DNA from: Rebecca billardiae RCC1528
Lineage: Eukaryota; Protista; Haptophyta
Reading direction: 5' to 3'
DNA: 64,000 bases
NCBI GenBank assembly: GCA_965240325.2
Contig: OZ251248.1
Span: forward strand, 496,001-560,000
Under the pieces are notes generated by a model. The model ran no database searches. It had not been told where the DNA came from and saw only the letters and a program-made list of their open reading frames with translations. The first letter of the stretch is position 1. Each line of letters opens with the position of its first letter. A program made the position numbers and the translations under genes. Of this stretch, positions 1 through 9,983 are shown piece by piece.

Positions 1-1150
1 TGCCGCTCGCCCGCAGCAGGGTGAGCGCGCACTCGCGCAGCCCAACAACAGCCGGCTGCCACACTGCCGCCGCGCTCGCTGCTGCCGCGCTCCTGCCTCG
101 ACGGCTCGCTGCCCGCTGCGCCTGCTGCCGCCACAGCACGCGGTGGTGGTGCCGCTTGCACTCGGCGTGGCCGTGCTCGCCGCACGCTCCATTCGCCCCG
201 CCGCTCGCTGCCGCTCGCCAGCAGCAGGGCGAGCGCGCACTCGCGCAGCCCAACAACAGCCTGCTGCCACACTGCCGCCGCGCTCGCTGCTGCAGCGCTC
301 CTGCCTCGACGGCTCGCTGCCCGCTGCGCCTGCTGCCGCCACAGCACGCGGTGGTGGTGCCGCTTGCACTCGGCGTGGCCGTGCTCGCCGCACGCTCCAT
401 TCGCGCCGCCGCTCGCTTTTGCTGCCGCTCGGCCGCAGCAGGGTGAGCGCACGCTCGCGCAGCTCGACACAGCCTGCTGCCACACTGCCGCCGCGCTCGC
501 TGCTGCCGCGCTCCTGCCTCGACGGCTCGCTGCCCGCTGCGCCTGCTGCCGCCACAGCACGCGGTGGTGGTGCCGCTTGCACTCGGCGTGGCCGTGCTCG
601 CCGCACGCTCCATTCGCGCCGCCGCTCGCTGCCGCTCGCCCGCAGCAGGGCGAGCGCGCACTCGCGCAGCCCAACAACAGCCTGCTGCCACACTGCCGCC
701 GCGCTCGCTGCTGCCGCGCTCCTGCCTCGACGGCTCGCTGCCCGCTGCGCCTGCTGCCGCCACAGCACGCGGTGGTGGTGCCGCGTGCACTCGGCGTGGC
801 CGTGCTCGCCGCACGCTCCATTCGCGCCGCCGCTCGCTTTTGCTGCCGCTCGCCCGCAGCAGGGTGAGCGCACGCTCGCGCAGCTCGACACAGCCTGCTG
901 CAGCGCCGCCGCCGCGCTCGCCGCCGCCGCGCTCCGGCCTCGACAGCTCGCCGCCCGCTGCTGCCTCCTCGGCGCGCGGTGGCGGTGCCGCTCGCACTCG
1001 GCGTGGCCGTGCTCGCCGCACGCTCCATTCGCACCGCCGCTCGCTGCCGCTCGCCCGCAGCAGGGCGAGCGCGCGCTCGCGCAGCTCAACAACGGCCTGC
1101 GGCCGCCCCGCCGGCGCGCTCGCTGCCGCAGCGCTCCTGCCTCGACACTG
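1..1150. repeat. GC-rich tandem repeat, alternating 208/213-bp units (421-bp dimer); starts before the window and degenerates after ~900
   Basis: Marker CCACAGCACGCGGTGGTGG starts at 131, 339, 552 and 760 (spacings 208, 213, 208). The overlapping ORFs are just translations of the repeat. Confidence 0.93.
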
Positions 1151-1194
1151 CTCAGTCAGCGACGTTCTCTGCCTGACTGGCACTTGGTTTTGGC

Positions 1195-2740
1195 GACTTT
1201 GTTTTGTTCCAGTTCCGCAGCATGCGTATGCTCGGCGGGGGGCGGCCCCTTCGCGGCTGCCCCGGGCTTTTTTGCCCCACTGGCCCGGGCTTTTCTGCCC
1301 GGGTGACTTTGTTTTGTTCCAGTTCCGCAGCATGCATATATGCTCGGCGGAGGGCGGCCCCGTCGCGGCTGCCCCGGGCTTTTCTGCCCGACTGGCCCGG
1401 GCTTTTCTGCCCGGGTGACTTTGTTTTGTTCCAGTTCCGCAGCATGCGTATGCTCGGCGGGGGGCAGCCCCTTCGCGGCTGCCCCGGGCTTTTCTGCCCG
1501 ACTGGCCCGGGCTTTTCTGCCCGGGTGACTTTGTTTTGTTCCAGTTCCGCAGCATGCGTATGCTCGGCGGGGGGCGGCCCCTTCGCGGCTGCCCCGGGCT
1601 TTTCTGCCCGACTGGCCCGGGCTTTTCTGCCCGGGTGACTTTGTTTTGTTCCAGTTCCGCAGCATGCATATATGCTCGGCGGGGGGCGGCCCCTTCGCGG
1701 CTGCCCCGGGCTTTTCTGCCCGGGTGACTTTGTTTTGTTCCAGTTCCGCAGCATGCGTATGCTCGGCGGGGGGCGGCCCCTTCGCGGCTGCCCCGGGCTT
1801 TTCTGCCCGACTGGCCCGGGCTTTTCTGCCCGGGTAACTTTGTTTTGTTCCAGTTCCGCAGCATGCGTATGCTCGGCGGGGGGCGGCCCCTTCGCTGCTG
1901 CCCCGGGCTTTTCTGCCCGACTGGCCCGGGCTTTTCTGCCCGGGTGACTTTGTTTTGTTCCCGTTCCGCAGCATGCGTATGCTCGGCGGGGGGCGGCCCC
2001 TTCGCAGCTGCCCCGGGCTTTTCTGCCCGACTGGCCCGGGCTTTTCTGCCCGGGTAACTTTGTTTTGTTCCAGTCGTTCCGCAGCATGCATATGCTCGGC
2101 GGGGGGCGGCCCCTTCGAGGCTGCCCCGGGCTTTTCTGCCCGACTGGCCCGGGCTTTTCTGCCCGGGTAACTTTGTTTTGTCCCAGTTCCGCAGCATGCG
2201 TATGCTCGGCGGGGGGCGGCCCCTTCGCGGCTGCCCCGGGCTTTTCTGCCCGACTGGCCCGGGCTTTTCTGCCCGGGTGACTTTGTTTTGTTCCAGTTCC
2301 GCAGCATGCATATGCTCGGCGGGGGGCGGCCCCTTCGCGGCTGCCCCGGGCTTTTCTGCCCGACTGGCCCGGGCTTTTCTGCCCGGGTAACTTTGTTTTG
2401 TTCCAGTTCCGCAGCATGCGTATGCTCGGCGGGGGGCGGCCCCTTCGCGGCTGCCCCGGGCTTTTCTGCCCGACTGGCCCGGGCTTTTCTGCCCGGGTAA
2501 CTTTGTTTTGTTCCAGTTCCGCAGCATGCGTATGCTCGGCGGGGGGCGGCCCCTCCGCGGCTGCTCCGGGCTTTTCTGCCCGACTGGCCCGGGCTTTTCT
2601 GCCCAGGTGACTTTGTTTTGTTCCAGTTCCGCAGCATGCATATGCTCGGCGGGGGGCGGCCCCTTCGCAGCTGCCCCAGGCTTTTCTGCCCTACTGGCCC
2701 GAGCTTTTCTGCCCAGGTGACTTTGTTTTGTTCCTGTTCA
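1195..2740. repeat. ~110-bp satellite, ~15 copies
   Basis: Marker (G/A)ACTTTGTTTTGT at 1195, 1305, 1417, 1527, 1637, 1726, 1836, 1946, 2056, 2169, 2279, 2389, 2499, 2609, 2719. Each unit has an internal duplication of CCCGGGCTTTTCTGCCCG. Confidence 0.95.
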
Positions 2741-3029
2741 GTGGAGCATGCAAATGCTCGGCGGAAAGCAGCTGCCCCATCCAGCTGCTGCAGGCTTTTC
2801 TGCCCGTCTGGCTGGGGCTGCTGCCTCTGGCTTTTCTGCCCAACGCACCGGCGCGCGCGTGCGCGCGCGCGCGCACAGGACACACACAATCTACCCCCCC
2901 AAAAAAAAAAAAACCAAAAAAAACACGAGGACGTGCCACCTCGCCACCTTCGGCCTCCTCCGTGTCGCTCGCCTCCAGCATCTCGCTGCAGCGCCCTCAT
3001 CCTCAACGGGATCTCTCCTGCTCACAAAC

Positions 3030-3182
3030 GGGACCTTGCTGCCACACGCTGGCGCAGTCTGCGCGCAGCTTTGGCACCGTCGGCTCAGTCGCTCTTCCCG
3101 TCATCCAGGGACAAATCCCCACCTCACACAAGTATATATACACATCGATTGGCGCCGCTTCAATCTTTGTGCAGGAGGACAC
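3030..3182 (+). repeat. 153-bp direct repeat, copy 1 (left of the PLV)
   Basis: GGGACCTTGCTGCC...GCAGGAGGACAC matches 17481-17633. Confidence 0.95.
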
Positions 3183-3203
3183 GTGGCGTTATAACGCAGT
3201 TAT

Positions 3204-3448
3204 GAGAGAGAAGGTATTACCTACTCACCAGGACAGTTTACCCCCGGCCGCCGCGCCGTCACAAAATGGCCGGCACTCGCAGGTCATTTTCGCGCATCCG
3301 CGCACACCCTCCATCCCTCCCGCCCCTCCGAAATCACCGGTGTTTGCCACCCGAAACGAGACTGGCAAATGCCGGTGATTTTCGCGCTGAAAACCATGCT
3401 TTCACAAGCGAAAATTTAGACGCCACTTCGATACACTGCGCGCTACGA
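3204..3448 (+). repeat. Left terminal inverted repeat (245 bp) of the PLV
   Basis: GAGAGAGAAGGTATTACC...CGCTACGA is the reverse complement of 16803-17047. Confidence 0.96.
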
Positions 3449-3522
3449 GGCCAGCCACCACCCAACCGCCATAGTGGCGAGCGGGTGGTCGGTGGCTAAA
3501 TAATTTCTGCGGTGTGTTAAGT

Positions 3523-3840
3523 ATGAAGACCACCTTCACGACCGTCGAGGATGGTCGCATGGGCCCGGAGAATCCAGCCGAGCTCAAGGGCCTGTACGCC
3601 CACTGTAAAGCATGTGAGAAATACGTGCCCGCACTCGAGATGAACTATCGTCGCAAGAACAAGCGTGTTTACCGGGCCAAGATCTGCATCGCATGCAACC
3701 GGGAGCTGCTCAAGAAACGTCAGGCACTCTGGCGCGAGCGTCATCCTCGGCAAAACAAGGAAGATAGCAATTCAGATATGCAGCTGAGCACGCACTCGGC
3801 GCTGAAGACGGCCGATGGAGGCGGCCTATCGTCCATGTAG
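3523..3840 (+). CDS. Small basic zinc-ribbon protein (PLV)
   Basis: First ATG at 3523; CKAC...CIAC pair followed by a basic helix. Confidence 0.6.
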   Translation: MKTTFTTVEDGRMGPENPAELKGLYAHCKACEKYVPALEMNYRRKNKRVYRAKICIACNRELLKKRQALWRERHPRQNKEDSNSDMQLSTHSALKTADGGGLSSM

Positions 3841-4065
3841 TATCTCCAGGTTTTTCTGCAGGCTCGGTGTCGGGCCCCACAGCAAATGACGGCTGTAGTA
3901 AATCCCAGATTTGGGGTTGTTCCAGTTTTTATTCACGCGATGCCTAGCGATCCAGGCCTTTTTGATGGCATCATCACCATGGTCTATATACGTCTTACCG
4001 CCTTTAGCACCAAAATGCACACCCTTGTACTCGTATCGCTTACCCTTGCGGGTCGAAGCTTTCAT
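3826..4065 (-). CDS. DUF5754-like small viral protein
   Basis: STRKGKRY..VHFGAKG..TYIDH.D...KKAWIARH...W..P.SGIYYSRHLLW matches a family common in NCLDVs and PLVs; start context TATAAATG. Confidence 0.75.
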   Translation of the reverse strand: MKASTRKGKRYEYKGVHFGAKGGKTYIDHGDDAIKKAWIARHRVNKNWNNPKSGIYYSRHLLWGPTPSLQKNLEILHGR

Positions 4066-4086
4066 TTATATGACATGATTTTTAGT

Positions 4087-6207
4087 CTATGGCGGAGGCG
4101 TGAAGAGGTCATAGTCGCGATCGACCTCGGCCTGCGTGATCGCACCTTCGGTGTAGAAGCGCACTGCAGCACACTTGAATGGACCGCCGCTTGGGGGCGT
4201 GCTCGCGTAAATTTCGTTGACATCGCCCACGGCAGTGGCGCTCATGGCCTCAACGCCGAGCGATACCTTGTTCAACCAGGCCTCCATGTTGCCTCCCACT
4301 GTATAAGACCAAGCAATATGATACCAGGTGTTCAGCGGCAAAACATCGACTCGGTCGTATAAATTACCAGACTGCCCTGTGATATCGAACCCAAACGCGG
4401 TGTTCCCAACGCCGTTGCGGTAGATGTAAAAATGAACGACCTTCGAGCCTGTATTGCGCCACTCGAGTTTGAATGAGCCTGAGACGTTGTCGACATAAAC
4501 CCACGCTGAGAACCCAAACATCGTCATCGTCTGCGTCGGTACTGGCGCTGTCATCACAACCGAGCTGCTGAGATCAGCATAGCCATTGGTGTGCGTTGCA
4601 GTGCCGCTGGATACAGTGAAAGCATAGCTGCCAACATCATCGGTCAAATTCGTCGTCATCGGCCAGCTGGCAAATGGATTTAAGCCTTGCATCGGCGAGT
4701 ACAAATTCATCACCGTCGGCACATCGATGATCCCGCGCGCGATTGTCATGGCATACAGTCGCACGCCTGCGGTCATAGGCGCGGTTCTGTGCCCGATGAT
4801 GCTGAGCAGCGGGGTGAAGCTGGCTGGTAGCGTGGTAGTACTCACCAGCACACCATCGATGTACACTTTGGACGTGGTGCCATCCACTGTTTGCGCAATG
4901 TGGTGCCACTCTCCATGTGCCGGTCCTGCCAAGTCCTGAAACGCTGTCGCGCCCAGCTCAGAGCGCAGCTGGCCACCGATGATCTCGAAAGTGAAGTCGG
5001 TGACGCCATCCTCGAGGAGCCACATGCGAACGGCATCGGTGTTATTCGGGCGGTAGGTCCATGCCGCAAGCGAGAAGCGCTCGCTGCCCTGCATGTCGGG
5101 CATTTCATTCAGACCGAGATGCAATGTACTAGTATTTTGCATCTCTAGGTAACCGCTCGTCATCACATAATCGCCATTTGTGGGCTGCAGCGCGGCGGCG
5201 GCACCGTCTACCTCGAGCAAGTTTCCATCGAGCAACCATGTGTACCGCAGGACATATCCAAGCCACGACTGCGCATGCGCCAGGCGGCCGGCCGCATCGA
5301 GAGCGTATGGATATATGCTCAGCTGCGCGAGCGCAGCCTGGTCGTCAAGCGTGGCGACGAGTGGGTAGTAGAGCGAAATCCGCTTGAAATCTGGGTCCGT
5401 TTGTTGGCCAATGGTGCGAGAGTGGAGGAGCGTTTGGTCCGCATAGATCTCGATATTCGCCTCAAAAGAGTTGGTTTCCTGCGAGATGACAAAGTGTGTC
5501 CAGACACCGCTTGGGACCATCTGGCTCACGTCGTCTACAAAGCCGACACTGCTACTAGCGATGATGTTCGAGTCCAGCTCAGCGCTCGCGTACGAGAGCC
5601 CACCGCCTAGTGAGAGCTTACTCAGGCCTGGGCAGCCCTTCAGGTAGAAAGCCGCACTAAAATCCCGCCAGTCGTGCCCCGGTGTCTGGAGCGTGAGCGT
5701 GCTCGCATTGGCCGTTGAGCGAGCGGAGTCTTCAGCAAAGGCAAACGTGCCAGCCGGCACGAGGCTCTGAGCGCGGGGAGTGGTATCAACCAGGTCTGCG
5801 GTCAGCGGGAAATGAGCCACTGTGGGGCCAGTGAGCATGGACTGGGTAATCAGATTGCCAGACTCGATCGATCCATGATATAGCGTACCCGTGTGATCAA
5901 AGCTGGTCAGTAGGCTATCGCCGGAGTACACGCTGAAATAAGGCTTATACTCGTGATCATATTGGCGATTCACTACCTTCTCATAATTGTCCGCTGTCCA
6001 GACTACAGTGGCGCTCGATGGAGTTATGCTCGCGCTCGTCACAGTGAATACATGCCTGGGATGGGAAACCCGTATTTTCAGGTCGGCATCGGGCAGTGGC
6101 GGAACGAAATTGATAGTTATAGACGAGCTTGCTGGGTACGTGAGCACCTCGCCACTCCAGCTGATTGATGATGATGATGATGAAACTAGGCCGAAGATGC
6201 TCGCCAT
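4087..6207 (-). CDS. LamG/concanavalin-A-like repeat protein, putative fibre or receptor-binding protein (706 aa)
   Basis: Three LamG-type motifs: GVWTHFVIS..IEIYAD, GEWHHIAQTVDGTTSKVYIDG, NTWYHIAWSY..MEAWLN; beta-rich composition. Confidence 0.8.
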   Translation of the reverse strand: MASIFGLVSSSSSSISWSGEVLTYPASSSITINFVPPLPDADLKIRVSHPRHVFTVTSASITPSSATVVWTADNYEKVVNRQYDHEYKPYFSVYSGDSLLTSFDHTGTLYHGSIESGNLITQSMLTGPTVAHFPLTADLVDTTPRAQSLVPAGTFAFAEDSARSTANASTLTLQTPGHDWRDFSAAFYLKGCPGLSKLSLGGGLSYASAELDSNIIASSSVGFVDDVSQMVPSGVWTHFVISQETNSFEANIEIYADQTLLHSRTIGQQTDPDFKRISLYYPLVATLDDQAALAQLSIYPYALDAAGRLAHAQSWLGYVLRYTWLLDGNLLEVDGAAAALQPTNGDYVMTSGYLEMQNTSTLHLGLNEMPDMQGSERFSLAAWTYRPNNTDAVRMWLLEDGVTDFTFEIIGGQLRSELGATAFQDLAGPAHGEWHHIAQTVDGTTSKVYIDGVLVSTTTLPASFTPLLSIIGHRTAPMTAGVRLYAMTIARGIIDVPTVMNLYSPMQGLNPFASWPMTTNLTDDVGSYAFTVSSGTATHTNGYADLSSSVVMTAPVPTQTMTMFGFSAWVYVDNVSGSFKLEWRNTGSKVVHFYIYRNGVGNTAFGFDITGQSGNLYDRVDVLPLNTWYHIAWSYTVGGNMEAWLNKVSLGVEAMSATAVGDVNEIYASTPPSGGPFKCAAVRFYTEGAITQAEVDRDYDLFTPPP

Positions 6208-6229
6208 ATATTATAAGCCATATAATAAT

Positions 6230-6862
6230 ATGCGTATCACTGACCCGCTAAAGAAGGAGTATACGCAGTTTAAGGCTGCGCTGCAAAATGCGGGCTTCGC
6301 TGACAAGGACAAAAAGATTGCCGGCGTGTATGTGATCCACCCAACATGGGCGGGCAAGAGACCCCTGTTTAAAATGGGAATGACCAAAAATATTCGGAGT
6401 CGGCTCTTCGCTGGATACAGGCATAGCATGCCCTATGCTGCAGGCAGCTTCAAGCTACTGGCATTCCTTGTGACGAGCCCCAACCTGGCCAAAGATGTGG
6501 AGGATCGGCTTCTCGCTCGCACGAATCCAGGCTACAGTTTTGTCAAGCCTCTCCGGGATAAAGAGTGGCGACAAAGCGGGGCACCATGGCCTGAGATTCG
6601 GCCGCTCCTGGCTCTGCTCATGGCGGTGGTGCGGAGGCAAACAGAGGGGAACTGGTATGTTTTTAATGACAAGGGCTCGATCACTCACAGAGGTGGCAGC
6701 CAGCCGGCTGTGGAGCAAACCTCAGTCATCCCTACTGGAGCCATCCGTCGCACGCGTAGCCAGAGAGACAGGCGAGCGCAGGTCACAAACATTGTAGACG
6801 CCACGAGCGGGCACCCAGTCCGCTCGGCTCACGGCTTCAGGATGCTCAGGCCTCGCAAATAA
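6230..6862 (+). CDS. GIY-YIG superfamily (T5orf172-like) putative nuclease with basic C-terminal tail
   Basis: AGVYVI...LFKMGMTKNIRSRL..Y...VEDRL motif. ATG at 6230 is preferred because the longer ORF overlaps the divergent LamG gene. Confidence 0.65.
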   Translation: MRITDPLKKEYTQFKAALQNAGFADKDKKIAGVYVIHPTWAGKRPLFKMGMTKNIRSRLFAGYRHSMPYAAGSFKLLAFLVTSPNLAKDVEDRLLARTNPGYSFVKPLRDKEWRQSGAPWPEIRPLLALLMAVVRRQTEGNWYVFNDKGSITHRGGSQPAVEQTSVIPTGAIRRTRSQRDRRAQVTNIVDATSGHPVRSAHGFRMLRPRK

Positions 6863-6876
6863 AACAGTGCAGTAAT

Positions 6877-7494
6877 ATGAATATCCCCACCATCTCAACC
6901 CAGGAAGGCGAGCGCATGCTATTCGATTTGGGGACGACCCTCCAAAAAGACAGGCGCATGTTGCTAGAAGCATCATACATGACGCTCGAGCAGGCGCGCG
7001 AGCACGTAAAGCCGCGGTATCGGCTCGACGTCAGACTCTCGTCTGACGAAGACAAGGTGTTGGTGCACATAGCATCAGGCCGGCCGCTAGTCCTATTTCG
7101 AGGCAGCGTCAGCTTTGCCGACTGGGCAGTGTCCGATGTGCTACTCGCGCTCGGGTTCTCTGTATATGATCCGCGCCACCAGCGAGCCCGCAAGCTGGTC
7201 GAGATTGTGCGACGAAAATATGGCGTGACGTCAGCCATGGGCCACAGCTTGGGCGGGCACCTGGCCGAAAACTCTGGCGCAGCTCAGGTGCATACATCCC
7301 AAAAAGGTGCTGGGTTGAAGGATATCGGAAAGGTCTTACCAAAGACACAATTCGATGTCCGCTCTCCAGGCGATATCGTGTCGGCACTCTCGCTCACTCA
7401 GCGAGGGGGCAGTCGGAAGACGGTCGGGCGCATCAGCGCAGACGCGTTCACGCGCCCAATCCGCTTTTTACGAGAGCAGCACCGCCTAGCGTAG
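6877..7494 (+). CDS. Class-3-like lipase (alpha/beta hydrolase), typical PLV accessory gene
   Basis: VLFRGS..FADW, nucleophile elbow GHSLGG, DIVS and a C-terminal His (EQHRL). Confidence 0.85.
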   Translation: MNIPTISTQEGERMLFDLGTTLQKDRRMLLEASYMTLEQAREHVKPRYRLDVRLSSDEDKVLVHIASGRPLVLFRGSVSFADWAVSDVLLALGFSVYDPRHQRARKLVEIVRRKYGVTSAMGHSLGGHLAENSGAAQVHTSQKGAGLKDIGKVLPKTQFDVRSPGDIVSALSLTQRGGSRKTVGRISADAFTRPIRFLREQHRLA

Positions 7495-7779
7495 AAACCG
7501 GTCAGCTCTGCGAGCCCCCTGGTCCAGACGGTTGGAGATCTGACGCCCACGCTGTATGGCCCGCCTTCCCGCGGCCGTATAAGGTGAGGCGATATCACCG
7601 AGGCCTTCGGTGCGATCGACTTCGTTCAAGAATTGGGTGACGTCCCCACCCACCTTGTCTACACAGGGCTTTAGGTGATGGATTGCAGAGCTGATAGGTC
7701 TGCCGAGCCTTCGGGCGGTGTTAGCCAGCCCGCCGATCTTTCCGCGCGCATCTCTAACGAGTCTACCTAGAAAACTCAT
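7486..7779 (-). CDS. Small basic amphipathic protein directly downstream of MCP (putative core or membrane-penetration protein)
   Basis: 97-aa ORF tightly packed after MCP with TATATATAC-ATG start context; N-terminus MSFLGRLVRDARGKIGGLANTARRLG is amphipathic. Confidence 0.65.
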   Translation of the reverse strand: MSFLGRLVRDARGKIGGLANTARRLGRPISSAIHHLKPCVDKVGGDVTQFLNEVDRTEGLGDIASPYTAAGRRAIQRGRQISNRLDQGARRADRFLR

Positions 7780-7796
7780 GTATATATAGAGCGAAA

Positions 7797-9110
7797 TTAA
7801 ATGGCGAAATTAAGCTGGTTCTGTGAGACCTCCATCATCACATCATGGAGCGCCCAGGCATGCCACTTGAAAGATGCCCCGCTGTTCGTGTCCGCCTCAA
7901 AGATGGCGTACTCCGTATCGAGTCGGCGACCGTCGAAGAGGATGTCGGACTGCGAGAAGGCGCTCGTGTTGAAGGCGATGCAGAAAGCCGCATCGTCAAA
8001 GGCCGTGCCGCTCACGCGAGAGGCATAATCGGCAATGCCGAGCGCGTTGAAGGCGCGAACGAGCTCAGCGCGCGTCTCTGCGCCGCCGTGGGTGGCAGAG
8101 ACTGGCTGATCCGGCACGAGGGTAGAGCCGATGCGCAACTGCCACTTGGTGAGCGCCGCTCGCGTGCGAGTCGTGATGTCGCCACCAAATGCGTTCTCAC
8201 TGGTATTCGGCACCGCAGCCAGGATGATCATGTTGACCGAGGCCAGGCGGAACGGCAACTGCCAGGCCGTCGACGTGTTTGCAGCCACCGAGTGGGAGGC
8301 ATGGAGGTAGGACATCGATGGGATGTAGATCCGATCGAGCGAGCGAACCATCTTGGTGTAGGCACTATCGCTCAGCATGACCATGCCGAGCTGCATCTTG
8401 ACCGTCTCAAGCGTGGGGGAGGTAGTGCCTGGGTCGGCATCATACACGCCAAAGTCGAGCATGTTGGCCACATGGATGTCAACACGAAGGCCTTGGTGCA
8501 GCTCAGAGAGCGGCACCGCCTTACCACACAGAGCGCCAAACACGTACGCGAGTGGGAGGGTAACCGTCTTCCGGGCATTGTTGGCAATTGTCTCACCGGT
8601 TGTCGGGTAAAGCGCGCTCTCAACATCGGCGGCTGCATATGCGGCAGGCATCTCGTAGTCGGCACAGCCCAGCATGCTGCCGGTGGAGAAGCCCGAAGAA
8701 GCGCCCGACTGGAAGTCGAGCAAAACATTGTGCAGCAGGCCTGCCTTGCCCGTGCTCGCGATCATCTGGCTGCCGTGGTAGGCGTCAATGCGCTCGATGC
8801 ACGAGTATGCAGATCTTGAGAGCGTGAGAGGCTGGCCAGAGGTGTTGTGGATTGTAAACTGCAGGACTGTCTGCGACGGGTCCATCATCGCGCCGGGCGT
8901 GCCAGTCGGGATATCGAATTGCATCACCTGGCCACTTGTGAAGCTAGACGACGGGCCTGCATATATCGTCGACCTCTTGTAGGCAGCGCCAACGGCGACG
9001 GGCTTGGGGTTTGAGAAGTCATAGTAGCTCGGAGCCGTCTCCTCCTGCTCGAGCACCATCGCGTCATCACCGCGAATATCGTTCGTCACACGCTTGCCGG
9101 CGTAAGCCAT
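7797..9110 (-). CDS. Major capsid protein (double jelly-roll, PLV type), 437 aa
   Basis: MQFDIP...MDPSQTVLQFTI, IERIDAYHGSQMI, LPL..FG...KAVPL....GLRVDIH, WQLRIG...VP.QP patterns; typical size; adjacent to mCP and ATPase. Confidence 0.85.
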   Translation of the reverse strand: MAYAGKRVTNDIRGDDAMVLEQEETAPSYYDFSNPKPVAVGAAYKRSTIYAGPSSSFTSGQVMQFDIPTGTPGAMMDPSQTVLQFTIHNTSGQPLTLSRSAYSCIERIDAYHGSQMIASTGKAGLLHNVLLDFQSGASSGFSTGSMLGCADYEMPAAYAAADVESALYPTTGETIANNARKTVTLPLAYVFGALCGKAVPLSELHQGLRVDIHVANMLDFGVYDADPGTTSPTLETVKMQLGMVMLSDSAYTKMVRSLDRIYIPSMSYLHASHSVAANTSTAWQLPFRLASVNMIILAAVPNTSENAFGGDITTRTRAALTKWQLRIGSTLVPDQPVSATHGGAETRAELVRAFNALGIADYASRVSGTAFDDAAFCIAFNTSAFSQSDILFDGRRLDTEYAIFEADTNSGASFKWHAWALHDVMMEVSQNQLNFAI

Positions 9111-9135
9111 AAGTACTATGGCCAGGAAATATTTC

Positions 9136-9870
9136 TTAAGAAATTTGGAATTTCAGGTTGACAGACCACTCGGCTCCATTCAGCTCCACCGGCTGCATGG
9201 TCTCGAGATCGATCAGCTGAAGCTCGATATTTTGTATACTCCGACGGTTGCACTGCAAGATGTCATTGTTCGCATCAGTGTACAGTACAGTCTGGCCGAA
9301 AGGCTTGTCGATATGCACCACGCACAAAATATTGCTTGATGAGCCCGAGTTGGTCGAGTCTCTGCTCTTGACGTCTAGCCCTTCGCAGGTGAGCGCAAAG
9401 CCTCGGCTGAGCAGGTCCACCACGCCGGGTGCCTCTATACTGCCGCCAGCAGGTATTACCAAGTCTGTGCGACAGAGGCCGAGCACGCGCGAAGCGCTGC
9501 TCGTGCCCTTGATGGTGGTGTCGAAACCATGTGACGTCGAGAATGTAAGCTTGCCAGTGGCCGAGTCGAAAGCAGCAGTCACGTTGATGCTAGACAATGC
9601 CGAGTTGATCTCCGTGACTAGCGTGCTAGCGGTATAATTCTTCGGGGTGAGCGTGAGCGTCGTATCGCCCCAGTCGGAGGCGGCACCCACGCTATTATTC
9701 GAGCTGTCTACGGCATAGCGCGTATTAGGCACACACAGGCTATCGACAGATACAAATATGACCTCATCGCTTGCCGCCATGATTGGGTGGCTCAGTGTGA
9801 AATTCACGCAGCTCGTCTTGGCTCGGCCCAGTGGGAACACATCGCCCTGACTTGTGTGCAGGTGCAGCAT
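9136..9870 (-). CDS. Minor capsid protein (penton, single jelly-roll), 244 aa
   Basis: VPNTRYAVDSSNN, LTPKNYT..TL..EIN, and C-terminal IQNIELQLID...PVELNGAEWSVNLKF, characteristic of PLV/virophage mCP. Confidence 0.88.
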   Translation of the reverse strand: MLHLHTSQGDVFPLGRAKTSCVNFTLSHPIMAASDEVIFVSVDSLCVPNTRYAVDSSNNSVGAASDWGDTTLTLTPKNYTASTLVTEINSALSSINVTAAFDSATGKLTFSTSHGFDTTIKGTSSASRVLGLCRTDLVIPAGGSIEAPGVVDLLSRGFALTCEGLDVKSRDSTNSGSSSNILCVVHIDKPFGQTVLYTDANNDILQCNRRSIQNIELQLIDLETMQPVELNGAEWSVNLKFQIS

Positions 9871-9983
9871 GAATTAGTGCCGATATTATTTCATCATCGC
9901 TCGTGCCTAGCTTCTTGGAGATGTACCATGCCAATGCATCCTCTCGGCTGAAATCCAAAATATTCTCTGCTTGCATATAGAAG

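Noticed and set aside
1195-2740. Possible CRISPR array
   Set aside because: Whole units repeat with no unique spacers, there are no cas genes, and the context is eukaryotic.
21-3006. Many long ORFs in the two satellites
   Set aside because: They are translations of GC-rich tandem repeats whose unit lengths are mostly not multiples of three, so the same peptides appear in all frames.
9764-9976. 70-aa minus-strand ORF MQAENILDFS... upstream of mCP
   Set aside because: It could be real, but it overlaps the mCP start by 107 nt and has no recognisable motif.
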